This document shows positions 1 through 8,877 of a stretch of 36,088 nt of DNA, piece by piece. Position 1 is the first letter of the stretch. Each line of letters begins with the position of its first letter. The stretch spans positions 1 to 36,088 of the forward strand of contig JBDREN010000082.1 in the NCBI GenBank assembly GCA_043819795.1. Direction: 5' to 3'. The notes beneath the pieces were generated by a model, which was not told where the DNA came from, did not search any database, and worked only from the letters and a program-made list of their open reading frames with translations. Source of the stretch: Elusimicrobiota bacterium. Its GTDB lineage: Bacteria > Elusimicrobiota > Elusimicrobia > UBA1565. The translations under genes were made by a program, and so were the position numbers.

Positions 1-2185
1 CGCCGCGCGGCGGCCCGTCGCGTCGCGGCGGGGCGTCGGACTTCTCCGAGCCGGGCGAGATGACCGCTTTGCGCGAGAGGCGGATCTTGCCCTCCTTAGA
101 GACCTCGAGGACCTTGACCTCGACCTCGTCGCCCTCGCTCAAGACGTCGGTGACCTTGTCGATGCGCTTGACGTCTATCTGGGAGATGTGGAGCAGGCCC
201 TCGCGGCCCGGCATGATCTCGACGAACGCGCCGAACTCCACGCAGGAGACGACGCGGCCCTTGTAGATCTTTCCGATCTCGGGCTCCGCGGTCATCCCCT
301 CGATCTCCGCGCGGGCCTGGGCCACGGCGTCCGCCTGGACCCCGGCGATGAACACGCTGCCGTCGTCCTCGACGTCCACCTCGACCCCGTATTCCTCGAT
401 GATGCGGCGGATGTTCTTGCCGCCCGGGCCGATGAGCGCCCCGATCTTATCGATCGGGATCGAGATCCGGATCAGCCGCGGAGCGTAGGGAGAGAGCTCC
501 TTGCGCGGCGCCGCGATGGCGGCCTCCATCTCGGAGAGGATGTGCAGGCGGCCCTTGTGGGCCTGCTCGAGCGCCTCCCTCAGCACCTGGATCGAGAGGC
601 CGCCGACCTTGATGTCCATCTGGAGGGCGGTGATCCCGTCGCGCGTGCCGGCGACCTTGAAGTCCATGTCGCCGACGTGGTCCTCGAGGCCGGCGATGTC
701 GGAGAGGATGGCGTGCTTGTCCCCCTCCATGATGAGCCCCATCGCCACGCCGGCGCAGGCGGCCTTCATCGGGACTCCGGCGTCGAAGAGGGCGAGCGAG
801 CCGCCGGCCACGGTCGCCATCGACGAGGAGCCGTTAGACTCGAGGATCTCCGAGACCAGGCGTATCGTATAGGCGAAGTCCTCGGGCGCGGGCAGAAGCG
901 GCAGGAGCGCGCGCTTCGCCAGGGTGCCGTGCCCGATCTCCCGGCGCCCCGGGCCCCGCTCCATCTTGACCTCACCGACCGAGTAGCCGGGGAAGTTGTA
1001 ATGCAGCAGGAACCGGTCCTTGTAGTCCCCCTCGAGTTCGTCCATGATCTGCATGTCGCCGGGCGTGCCGAGCGTCGCCACCACCAGGGCCTGGGTCTCG
1101 CCGCGGGTGAATACCGCGGAGCCGTGCGTGACGGGCAGCACCTCCGTCGCGATCGTGATGGGCCTGATCTCGTCGAGCTTGCGGCCGTCGTGGCGGACTC
1201 CCTCGTCGAGGATCATTTTGCGGCCTTCCTCTCCCTCGAGGTCGTAGACGATGTTCCAAACATGGGCCTCCTGGCCTGTCCAGGCGGGGTCGCTCTCCGC
1301 CTTCTTGACGACCTCTTCGGAGATCCTCTTGCCGACCTCCTTGAGCTTCTCGCCCAGCTCGAACTTTCCCTTGTAGCCGACTCGGAGGTGCTTCTTCACC
1401 TCTTCGCGGGCCTGCTCGATCACGAAGGATTTGACCGGCTCGGGATAGTCCTGAGCCGCGACCTCGGGCTTCGCGATCTTCTTCCCGGACTTCACGGCCT
1501 CGTCGACGAGGCGGAGCTGGAGATCGCAGAGCTTCTCGATCTCCTTGTGGGCGCGTTCGAGCGCCTCCAGCATGACGTCCTCCGGCAGCTGGTTCGCGCC
1601 GCCCTCAACCATGAGGATCGCGCCCTTCTTGCCGGCGACGACCATCTCTAGGTCGAGGTTCCCGCGCTCCTCGAACGTGGGGAAGATGATGAACTCCTTG
1701 CTGGCGGCGTCCCGGCCGATGCGCACTCCGGCGACGGGCTCCGTGAACGGGGCGTTGGAGAGCAGCAGGGAGGCCGAGCCGCCGGTGATGCTCAAGGGGC
1801 CGGCGTCATTCTTCCCGTCCATGGCGATGAGCAGCGAGTAGATCATCGTCTCGTTACGCCATGACTTGGGGAACAGCGGGCGGATAGGACGGTCCGTCAT
1901 CCGCGCGTTGAGCACTTCCTTGTCGCGGGGCCGCGCCTCGCGCTTGAAGAAGCCGCCCGGGATCTTGCCCGCGGCGTACGTGCGCTCCCGGTATTCGACG
2001 GTCAGCGGCAGGAACGAGACGGGCCGTTGCTTGTCCGCGGTCGTGGCGGTCGTCAGCAGGACGGTGCCGCCCAGATGGATGGTCACGGCGCCGCCGGCCT
2101 GCTTGGCGAGGGTGCCCGTCTGGATAGAGATTTCCCTTCCGCCTATCGTCTCCGACAGGCTGATGTTCTGTAATTTTTTGGACAT
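1..2185 (-). CDS. pnp: Polyribonucleotide nucleotidyltransferase (PNPase), 3' end beyond the window
   Basis: Manual minus-strand translation from ATG at 2185 ([34 protein letters not shown]) shows PNPase motifs [58 protein letters not shown], the KH motif IGPGGKNIR and a C-terminal S1 domain (..GKIRLSRKA). No stop before the window edge, so it is absent from the ORF track. Lies directly downstream of rpsO. Confidence 0.98.
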   Translation of the reverse strand, partial: MSKKLQNISLSETIGGREISIQTGTLAKQAGGAVTIHLGGTVLLTTATTADKQRPVSFLPLTVEYRERTYAAGKIPGGFFKREARPRDKEVLNARMTDRPIRPLFPKSWRNETMIYSLLIAMDGKNDAGPLSITGGSASLLLSNAPFTEPVAGVRIGRDAASKEFIIFPTFEERGNLDLEMVVAGKKGAILMVEGGANQLPEDVMLEALERAHKEIEKLCDLQLRLVDEAVKSGKKIAKPEVAAQDYPEPVKSFVIEQAREEVKKHLRVGYKGKFELGEKLKEVGKRISEEVVKKAESDPAWTGQEAHVWNIVYDLEGEEGRKMILDEGVRHDGRKLDEIRPITIATEVLPVTHGSAVFTRGETQALVVATLGTPGDMQIMDELEGDYKDRFLLHYNFPGYSVGEVKMERGPGRREIGHGTLAKRALLPLLPAPEDFAYTIRLVSEILESNGSSSMATVAGGSLALFDAGVPMKAACAGVAMGLIMEGDKHAILSDIAGLEDHVGDMDFKVAGTRDGITALQMDIKVGGLSIQVLREALEQAHKGRLHILSEMEAAIAAPRKELSPYAPRLIRISIPIDKIGALIGPGGKNIRRIIEEYGVEVDVEDDGSVFIAGVQADAVAQARAEIEGMTAEPEIGKIYKGRVVSCVEFGAFVEIMPGREGLLHISQIDVKRIDKVTDVLSEGDEVEVKVLEVSKEGKIRLSRKAVISPGSEKSDAPPRRDGPPRG

Positions 2186-2187
2186 GG

Positions 2188-2457
2188 TCACTTCCTGAGG
2201 TTTAGTTTATTGATGAGCTTGCTGTACGCGGAAAGGTCGCGCCGCTTGATGTAGGCAAGCAGCCGCCGTCGCTGGCTGACCAGCTTGAGCAGGCCGAGTT
2301 GCGAGGCGTGGTCCTTCCGGTGCGTCCTCAGGTGGTCCGATAGGTATCGGATGCGCTCCGTGAGTAAGGCAACCTGGACGGGAGTGCCTCCCGTGTCTTT
2401 GGGGGCGGTGCGAAACTTCGATACAATCTCGCTCGTCTTTTCCTTTGTCATTGTCAT
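2188..2457 (-). CDS. rpsO: 30S ribosomal protein S15
   Basis: 89 aa with [39 protein letters not shown]; conserved rpsO-pnp order. The start may be the second ATG at 2451. Confidence 0.98.
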   Translation of the reverse strand: MTMTKEKTSEIVSKFRTAPKDTGGTPVQVALLTERIRYLSDHLRTHRKDHASQLGLLKLVSQRRRLLAYIKRRDLSAYSKLINKLNLRK

Positions 2458-2467
2458 AATCCCTATA

Positions 2468-2497
2468 ATTTTACGTCATTCCGACGGGCGAGGTCAA
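2468..2497 (-). promoter_or_regulatory. Putative sigma70 promoter for rpsO-pnp
   Basis: Minus strand TTGACC (2497-2492), 18-nt spacer, TAAAAT (2473-2468); the -10 box ends 10 nt before the rpsO ATG. Confidence 0.65.
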
Positions 2498-2557
2498 GTC
2501 AGCGGCCTCCCCGCGGGGGAGGGAAACGCACTTGGGGGCGATTCCGTTCTATCCCGG

Positions 2558-3895
2558 TTATTTCCGTTTTTCGATGGTTCTGCGGGAAACCGGAAGAATG
2601 GCGAGCAAAGCGTGGAGGGCTGTCGTCGCCGCTCTTTCCCGGACCTGGGCGCGCGTGCCCGGGAACAGGAAGCGGCGGACGAGGGTCCGATCCGGGGTCG
2701 ATATCCCGATAAACGTGAGCCCAACGGGCTTCTTGGGGGTCCTCCCGCCGGGCCCGGCGATGCCGGTGATCGCGATCCCGACACCGGCCCCGCAGCGGGC
2801 GCAGACTCCCAGGGCCATCTCCCGGGCGCACTGGCCCGAGACCGCGCCGAAGCGCCGGATCGTCCCTTCCCGGACGCCGAGCAGCCCCGCCTTGAGGTCG
2901 TCGCGGTAGGCGACGACGCTGCCCCGGTAGTAGCCGGAGCTGCCGGGGACCGACGTGACGCGTTGCGCGACGAGCCCCCCCGTGCACGACTCCGCCGTCG
3001 CGAGGGTCCATCCGAGCTCCCGCAGGCGCGCGCCTAGCACCGACTCGAGCGTGTCGCGGTCGCGTCCGTAGAGATGTCCGCCCATGCGGCGGGCGATGCG
3101 GCGCCCGAGGCGGTCGAGCCGGCCCTCGGCCTCGCGGATCGTGCGCGCGGTCGAGCTCACCTGCAGCTCCACGAGCCCCGGCCGCGCGAGGATGACGGGC
3201 TCGATGCCGGGGCCGGCCGCTTTTAGGAGCGGAGCGAGCCGGCGGTCCGCGGCGGCTTCGGCGATCCCGCAGAAGCGGAAGACGCGCTGGCGCGTGGCCC
3301 GGCCCGTCCCGTGGCGCCCCCGCAGCACCGGCAGGACGTCCCCCTCGAATATGGGCCCGAGCTCCTCGAAGGGCCCGGGCAGGAGGACAACGCTCCGGCG
3401 CCGGCGGGCCGGCCGCGCCCCGGAGGAGGTCTTTGTTCCGGGTCCCGGGCGCCAATCCGCGGGAAGGTCGAGGAACTGGCCCGGAGCCGAGCCGTTCCTA
3501 TTGTCGAGCACGCGCGCTCCCCGCAAGACCCAGGCCTGCCGCTTGTTGTTGGGCGGGATCCGCAGGCGGTAGCGGAGGTACAGCCTGCGGATGCGTTCGG
3601 CCAGGCGGGGTCGGAAGACGAGCGGACGCCCGACGGCCGCCGCGACCCCCTCGCGCGTGATGTCATCGAAGGTCGGTCCGAGCCCTCCGCAGACGAGCAC
3701 GACGACCGACCGGACCGCGGCCGCCGCGACGGCGTCGCGGATCTCCTCGACGGAGTCCACGACGGTCGTCTCGCGCCGCGCCTCCAGCCCGGCGCCGCGC
3801 AGGAGCCTGCAGAGGTGGGCCGTGTGCGTGTTGAGCTTGCCCGAGAGGAGCTCCGTCCCCACGCAGACGATCTCGGCGCGCGCCTTCAGGGTCAT
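2558..3895 (-). CDS. cinA: Competence/damage-inducible protein CinA (MoCF-like N-terminal domain plus PncC NMN deamidase domain)
   Basis: 445 aa; N-terminal VGTELLSG..NT, GGLGPTFDDITRE, NGSAPG and LLPGP.EL; C-terminal TAESCTGG, GAVS..CA.EMA and ITGIAGPGG....KPVG. Confidence 0.95.
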   Translation of the reverse strand: MTLKARAEIVCVGTELLSGKLNTHTAHLCRLLRGAGLEARRETTVVDSVEEIRDAVAAAAVRSVVVLVCGGLGPTFDDITREGVAAAVGRPLVFRPRLAERIRRLYLRYRLRIPPNNKRQAWVLRGARVLDNRNGSAPGQFLDLPADWRPGPGTKTSSGARPARRRRSVVLLPGPFEELGPIFEGDVLPVLRGRHGTGRATRQRVFRFCGIAEAAADRRLAPLLKAAGPGIEPVILARPGLVELQVSSTARTIREAEGRLDRLGRRIARRMGGHLYGRDRDTLESVLGARLRELGWTLATAESCTGGLVAQRVTSVPGSSGYYRGSVVAYRDDLKAGLLGVREGTIRRFGAVSGQCAREMALGVCARCGAGVGIAITGIAGPGGRTPKKPVGLTFIGISTPDRTLVRRFLFPGTRAQVRERAATTALHALLAILPVSRRTIEKRK

Positions 3896-3906
3896 CGGAC
3901 GGCGTC

Positions 3907-4206
3907 CTATTGGTAGAAGTCGACGGGCTTCGCCGGCCCTCCGGGCTTCTCGCCCGCGGCGATCGTTCCGAAGCGTTCCTCGTACCTCGCGACGTTATCC
4001 TGAAGGGCCCACAGCAGGCGCTTCGCGTGGACCGGCGAGGAGATGATCCGGGTGAGGACTTTCGTCTTGCGGGACTGCGGCTGAAGGAGCGTGAAGTCTA
4101 TGAGGAACTCCGTCTCCGAGTGGCTGATGAACGCCAGGTTCGTGTAGACACCCCGCGCGGTGACGTCGTCGATCTGGATCTGGATCTCAGGATGGGATTG
4201 TTCCAT
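3907..4206 (-). CDS. DUF3467 family protein
   Basis: 99 aa with IQIQIDD..ARGVYTNLAFISHS.TEF.IDF and RIISSP.HAKRLL.ALQ.NV.RYEERFG.I, the pattern I recognise for this family. Confidence 0.85.
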   Translation of the reverse strand: MEQSHPEIQIQIDDVTARGVYTNLAFISHSETEFLIDFTLLQPQSRKTKVLTRIISSPVHAKRLLWALQDNVARYEERFGTIAAGEKPGGPAKPVDFYQ

Positions 4207-4313
4207 ACCGGCATGATACCAAAATCCGGAGGCCTCGGGCCTCCCGGGGACCCTTTCCGATTAGCTTTGTTTTTGCTATTATTTATCGTTTGGAGGTTGT
4301 TCCATCGTTGAAT
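4207..4313. promoter_or_regulatory. Divergent promoter region between the DUF3467 gene and gmk
   Basis: Minus strand extended -10 TGgTATCAT (4221-4213); plus strand extended -10 TGcTATTAT (4274-4282) followed by GGAGG (4292-4296); inverted repeat GGAGGCC-tcg-GGCCTCC (4228-4244) between them. Confidence 0.55.
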
Positions 4314-4931
4314 ATGCCGCCCGGGTTCTTGGTGATCATTTCCGCGCCGTCCGGAGCCGGGAAATCAACGGTCTGCCGGAGGCTCAGGCGGCGAAACGCT
4401 TCGCTGAAGTATTCAGTCTCAACCTGTACGAGGAAGCCGAGGCCGAGCGAGGTCGAGGGGCGGCACTATCGCTTCATCTCGGTCCCCGAGTTCCGGCGAC
4501 GCATCCGGCGGGGCGAGTTCATCGAATGGGCGCGCGTCCATGGTAACTACTACGGGACGCCGAAGGGCTTCATCGCGCGCGAGATCCGCGCGGGGAACGT
4601 CGTGTTGCTGGACATCGACGTCAAGGGCGCCGGGATCATCCGCCGGAGGATGCGCGATGCCGTCACGATTTTTCTGCTCCCGCCGTCCTGGAGCTCGCTC
4701 GAGCGGCGGCTCCGGCTTCGGGGCGACACCGACGACGCGATCGGGACCCGACTGGCCAACGCGCGCAAGGAGTTCGCGCACGCGAAGCGCTACGATTACT
4801 GGGTCGTCAACGACGTTCTTGCGACGGCCGTCCGCGAGGTCGAGGCCATCATCCTCGCGGAGCGGCTGCGCTCCAGGCGTCGCCCGGGCGGCCGTGCCCG
4901 GCTTGCGAACCTGACGAGGAACCGAGAGTAA
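4314..4931 (+). CDS. gmk: Guanylate kinase
   Basis: P-loop SAPSGAGKST, SVS..TR.PR..EVEG.HY.F, EWA.VHGNYYGT and LDIDVKGA. Start at ATG 4314 or TTG 4308; the track's 4290 start is probably too early. Confidence 0.97.
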   Translation: MPPGFLVIISAPSGAGKSTVCRRLRRRNASLKYSVSTCTRKPRPSEVEGRHYRFISVPEFRRRIRRGEFIEWARVHGNYYGTPKGFIAREIRAGNVVLLDIDVKGAGIIRRRMRDAVTIFLLPPSWSSLERRLRLRGDTDDAIGTRLANARKEFAHAKRYDYWVVNDVLATAVREVEAIILAERLRSRRRPGGRARLANLTRNRE

Positions 4932-4940
4932 GGAAGGGGA

Positions 4941-5264
4941 ATGCATATGGCGCAACGCGCAGCGAAGAAGAAGGTGACGAAAAAAGAGACCGTGAAGGTA
5001 AAGGAGGAGCAGACCCTCGAGCAGATGATCCTCGACAAGACCTCCGGGAAGTATCAGGTCATTGAGATCATCTCCTTCTGGGCCAAGCAGCTGCGCACGC
5101 AGGAGGAGCACAGGCATCTGACCCAGGCCGAGATCCTCGAGCTGGCGATGAGTGATGTGCTCGGCGGGAAGGTGTCCGAGGACGAGCTCCGCAAAAAGCT
5201 GGCGGTGGCGGCTCCCGCCGACGGCCGGCAGCTGAGCGCCGAGAAGCCCAAAAAGAAGTCCTGA
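4941..5264 (+). CDS. rpoZ: Probable RNA polymerase omega subunit (divergent)
   Basis: Directly after gmk (conserved gmk-rpoZ order). LEQMILDKTSGKYQVIEIISFWAKQL ... ILELAMSDVLGGKV matches by eye the omega pattern (..S(R/K)Y.LV....RARQL ... AL.EI..GKI). Confidence 0.65.
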   Translation: MHMAQRAAKKKVTKKETVKVKEEQTLEQMILDKTSGKYQVIEIISFWAKQLRTQEEHRHLTQAEILELAMSDVLGGKVSEDELRKKLAVAAPADGRQLSAEKPKKKS

Positions 5265-5270
5265 CCCGAG

Positions 5271-6086
5271 ATGACGATCTCCGGCATGCGCCGGGGGGCG
5301 GCGACGCCCGGGAGCGGCCGCTCCGTGAACGGCGAGCTGACGTCCCTGGCTCGCGAGCTCCTCGGCCGCGTGGAGGTCCTCGACGAACTCGAATGGCGGG
5401 TCTCGCGGGAGCGAGCGGCGCCGGCATCGCCCCGGGGCTCGCGCCCTATAGAGGAAGACGCCGCGGCGGCGGACGTCCGTTCGCCCCTGGCGGCGCTCCA
5501 GCGGGAGGTCGAGAACTGCCGGAAGTGCCCCCTCGGAGCGCAGCGGATCCGTCCCGCCTTCGGGGTGGGCTCCCCCGGGGCCGAGGTGATGCTCGTCGGG
5601 GAGGGGCCGGGCTACGAAGAGGATCGCCGCGGGGAGCCGTTCGTCGGGAAGGCCGGGGAGCTGCTCGACCGGATACTCGCGTCCATCGGGTTTTCGCGAC
5701 GGACGGTATACATCGCCAACATCGTCAAATGCCACCCGATGGTCGACCCCTCGAAGCCGGAGAAGCGGGGCAACGACAGGCCGCCTTCCCCGGAGGAGAT
5801 CGCCTCCTGCCGCGACTATCTTGACGAGCAGATCCGGCTTGTCCGGCCGCGCGTCCTCGTGACGCTGGGCGCGGTGGCGGCGAAGGTCATGCTCGGGACC
5901 GCGCAGGGCATCACGCGCCTGCGCGGGATCTGGCGGGAGTACGCCCCGTTCGAGGGCGATCCGATCCCGCTGCTGCCGACTTACCACCCGGCGGCGCTGC
6001 TGCGTAACCCGGAGCTGAAGCGGGACGTCTGGACCGACATGAAGGATCTCAAGCGCGCGTTGGAGGCGGGCCATGAGAGAGACTGA
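5271..6086 (+). CDS. Uracil-DNA glycosylase family 4 (4Fe-4S type)
   Basis: CRKC, VGEGPGYEED..GEPFVGKAG, YIANIVKC, RPP..EEI..C and PTYHPAALLRNP. The true start may be downstream of 5271. Confidence 0.93.
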   Translation: MTISGMRRGAATPGSGRSVNGELTSLARELLGRVEVLDELEWRVSRERAAPASPRGSRPIEEDAAAADVRSPLAALQREVENCRKCPLGAQRIRPAFGVGSPGAEVMLVGEGPGYEEDRRGEPFVGKAGELLDRILASIGFSRRTVYIANIVKCHPMVDPSKPEKRGNDRPPSPEEIASCRDYLDEQIRLVRPRVLVTLGAVAAKVMLGTAQGITRLRGIWREYAPFEGDPIPLLPTYHPAALLRNPELKRDVWTDMKDLKRALEAGHERD

Positions 6087-6789
6087 AAAGGATAGGGATT
6101 TTCTGGCGCAGATCGAGGAGTTCTTCGAGGACAAGGTGGAGCCTCGCTTCAAGAACGGCTTCCGCGAGGTGGAGAAGCTGCTCAAGAAGGAGATCCGCCT
6201 CAAGAAGCTCAAGAAGCCGAGACTGCTGGAGTACGATCCCGACAGCCCGTTCTCCTACCTCTCGGCCTTCCTGCGCGACCGGGCCGTGGCTTCCGTCGCG
6301 CCGAGCACGAAGTACCTCATCAACCGTGTCGTCGAGGCCATGGCGCTGGGCGGGGCGCGGACCGTCGTCGAGTACGGCCCGGCCGAGGGAGTGATGACGC
6401 AGCGCATCCTCTCCGGGCTCAAGGCGGACGGCGTCCTGGTGGCCGTCGAGCGCAACGAGAACTTCGTGAAGACGCTGCGCAAGATCGGGGACGGGCGGCT
6501 CCGCGTCGTGCACGAGGACGTCCAGGACATAGGGCGCATCCTCAAGGAGCAGGGCCTGGCGAGCGTCGACGTGGTCGTGTCGGGCATCCCGTTCAGCCTT
6601 TTCGATTCCAGCGAGCGGCGGCGCCTCCTCGCGAAGACGAGCTCCTTATTGAGCCCGCGCGGGCGATTCGTCGCCTACCAGTTCACGACGCATCTGATCC
6701 CCCTGCTGAAGCGCTATTTCCGCAAGGTGGACACGCAGTTCGAGATACGGAACCTGCCGCCGCACTTCATCTTCACCGCCCATGTGTAG
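6073..6789 (+). CDS. Class I SAM-dependent methyltransferase, PmtA-like (phospholipid N-methyltransferase-like)
   Basis: VASVAPST..L, SAM motif VVEYGPAEG, VVSGIPFS, FVAYQFT and RNLPP; overlaps the UDG gene by 14 nt. Confidence 0.75.
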   Translation: MRETEKDRDFLAQIEEFFEDKVEPRFKNGFREVEKLLKKEIRLKKLKKPRLLEYDPDSPFSYLSAFLRDRAVASVAPSTKYLINRVVEAMALGGARTVVEYGPAEGVMTQRILSGLKADGVLVAVERNENFVKTLRKIGDGRLRVVHEDVQDIGRILKEQGLASVDVVVSGIPFSLFDSSERRRLLAKTSSLLSPRGRFVAYQFTTHLIPLLKRYFRKVDTQFEIRNLPPHFIFTAHV

Positions 6790-6803
6790 CGGCGGAGCGT
6801 CGA

Positions 6804-6820
6804 CGTAGGGGCCCCCTACG
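6804..6820. repeat. Short intergenic palindrome CGTAGGGG-C-CCCCTACG
   Basis: Perfect 8-bp inverted repeat around a single central base in the 39-nt gap before priA. Confidence 0.6.
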
Positions 6821-6828
6821 CTGCCTTT

Positions 6829-8877
6829 ATGCGGATCGCCGAGGTCGCCTATCCCCTCCCCGTCGACCGCACTTTCGACTATGAGGTCCCCTCCGCCCTG
6901 ACCGGAAGCCTGGCGCCCGGGGCGCGCGTGCTGGCTCCCTTCGGTCCGCGCACCCTCTGCGGCGTGGTGATGGGCGTGCGCGAAGGCGTTTCCGAGCGCC
7001 CGCTGAAGGCTATTGTCGCGGTCCCGGACCCCGAGCCGATCCTCTCCGAGGAGCACGTCGAGCTCGCGCGCTGGCTCTCCGGCCGCTACTGCGCGCCGAT
7101 CGGCGAGTGCCTCAAGGTTATGATCCCCGCGAACCTGCGTAACGCCCGACGCCCGGTCTCCGGGGAGGCGCCCGGGGCCGAGCCGGCCGCCGGGCACCGG
7201 GAGCGCGACCCGCGCGCTCCCCGTTTCCAGCTTACGAAGAGCCAGGCGGACGCGCTCGCGACCCTGAGCGACCGCCTGCGCGAGCGCCGCTTCAAGGCCA
7301 CGCTCCTCTTCGGAGTGCCGGCTTCGGGCAAGACCGAGGTCTACATGCGGCTCATCCGGCGGGCCTTGGCGGAGGGCGGTCAGGCGCTCTTCCTGGTCCC
7401 CGAGATATCCCTGACGCGTCCCTTCTATAAGGAATTCGCCGCGGCCCTCGGCCTTCCGGTCGCCCGGTGGCACAGCAAGATCAGCGTGAGGGAGAGGCGG
7501 CGGGTCTGGCTCGGCATGCGCTCCGGAGCCGTCCGCGTCGTCGTCGGGGCGCGCTCGGCGAGCCTGTTGCCGCTCAAGGATCTCCGGCTGGCGGTCCTCG
7601 ACGAGGAACAGGACGAGTCCTACAAGCAGGATGATCAGGCGCCCTACTACCACGCGCGGGACGTGGTCCTGCACCGGGCGCGGCGCTTCGGCGCCACCGT
7701 GGTCCTCGGGAGCGCGACGCCGTCCATCGAGGCCTTCGCCCGGACCGGGGCCGGCGGGCTGGAGCTGCTCCAGATGCCCGAGCGCGTGTCGAAGACGACG
7801 CAGCGCCCTCCGGTACGCATCCTGGCGCGCGCGGCCGCCGAAGCGCGCTGCCTGAGCCGGGAGCTCCTAGACGGCATCAAGGCCTGCCTGGCGCGCCGCG
7901 ACCAGGTCATCCTCCTCGTCAACCGGCGGGGCTACTCGAATTTCATCATCTGCCGCAAGTGCGGCTGGGTGGCCCGCTGCCCGACCTGCGCGGTCGCCTT
8001 CATCCACCACAGGGCCCCCAGGCATGAGACGGCCGGGGGATTGTTCGAGTCGTCGGCGTCCGGTTTCCATCTGCGCTGCCACCATTGCGGCGCGCGCGCG
8101 GAGGTGCCCCCGTCCTGCGGGCGCTGCAAGGCGGGTCCTCTGCGGTTCGCGGGGATCGGGACCCAGAAGGTCGTGTCCGAACTAGTGAGCGCTCTTCCCG
8201 GCGTTCGCGTGTTGCGTATGGATCGGGACACGGTGGCGAAGGAGAGCGTGACCGATACCGGCATCTACGAGGCGTTCTCAGCGGGCCGCGCCGACGTGCT
8301 GGTGGGGACGAAGCTGGTCGCGAAGGGCTTCCACTTCCCCCGGGTGACGCTCGTCGGGGTGGTCGACGCCGACACGATGCTGAACATGCCCGACTTCCGG
8401 TCGGCCGAGCGGACGGTCCAGATGCTGGTGCAGGCGGCCGGCCGCGCGGGCCGCGCGGAGCGGCCGGGCGAGGTCATCCTTCAGACCTCCCAGCCGACCC
8501 ACTATGCCATCCAGGCCGTGGCGCGCGGCGACTACGCTTTCTTCGCGCGCCAGGAGATCGGCTTCCGTAAGGAACTCCACTATCCGCCCGCCTCCACGCT
8601 GGTGCGCCTCGTATTCAGCGGCAAGAACGAGAAGGCCGTGCTCAAGGCGACTGAAGCCACGGCCCGGCATCTGCGCGCCGCTTTCGGGGAGGCGGACGAG
8701 GTGCTCGGCCCCGCGCCGGGCGTGCACGCCCGGCTGCACGGACGCTTCCGCTATCACCTGCTGCTGAAGGTCGACGACGAGGCGCGCGTGGGGCGGACGC
8801 TTGACGCCGTACGAGAGTTGAAGCTCCCCTCGACCGTGAGGATCAAGGTGAACGTCGACCCGTACGATTTTTTCTGA
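6829..8877 (+). CDS. priA: Primosomal protein N' (replication restart helicase PriA)
   Basis: 682 aa; N-terminal 3'-DNA binding region (FDYEVP..PG.RV..PFG), Walker A SGKTEVY, LVPEISLT, DEEQD.SYKQ, GSATPS, four CxxC motifs, AKG.HFP.VTLV and QAAGRAGR. Confidence 0.97.
   Translation: MRIAEVAYPLPVDRTFDYEVPSALTGSLAPGARVLAPFGPRTLCGVVMGVREGVSERPLKAIVAVPDPEPILSEEHVELARWLSGRYCAPIGECLKVMIPANLRNARRPVSGEAPGAEPAAGHRERDPRAPRFQLTKSQADALATLSDRLRERRFKATLLFGVPASGKTEVYMRLIRRALAEGGQALFLVPEISLTRPFYKEFAAALGLPVARWHSKISVRERRRVWLGMRSGAVRVVVGARSASLLPLKDLRLAVLDEEQDESYKQDDQAPYYHARDVVLHRARRFGATVVLGSATPSIEAFARTGAGGLELLQMPERVSKTTQRPPVRILARAAAEARCLSRELLDGIKACLARRDQVILLVNRRGYSNFIICRKCGWVARCPTCAVAFIHHRAPRHETAGGLFESSASGFHLRCHHCGARAEVPPSCGRCKAGPLRFAGIGTQKVVSELVSALPGVRVLRMDRDTVAKESVTDTGIYEAFSAGRADVLVGTKLVAKGFHFPRVTLVGVVDADTMLNMPDFRSAERTVQMLVQAAGRAGRAERPGEVILQTSQPTHYAIQAVARGDYAFFARQEIGFRKELHYPPASTLVRLVFSGKNEKAVLKATEATARHLRAAFGEADEVLGPAPGVHARLHGRFRYHLLLKVDDEARVGRTLDAVRELKLPSTVRIKVNVDPYDFF

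Noticed and set aside
188..1651. 487-aa plus-strand ORF
   Set aside because: Antisense shadow of pnp.
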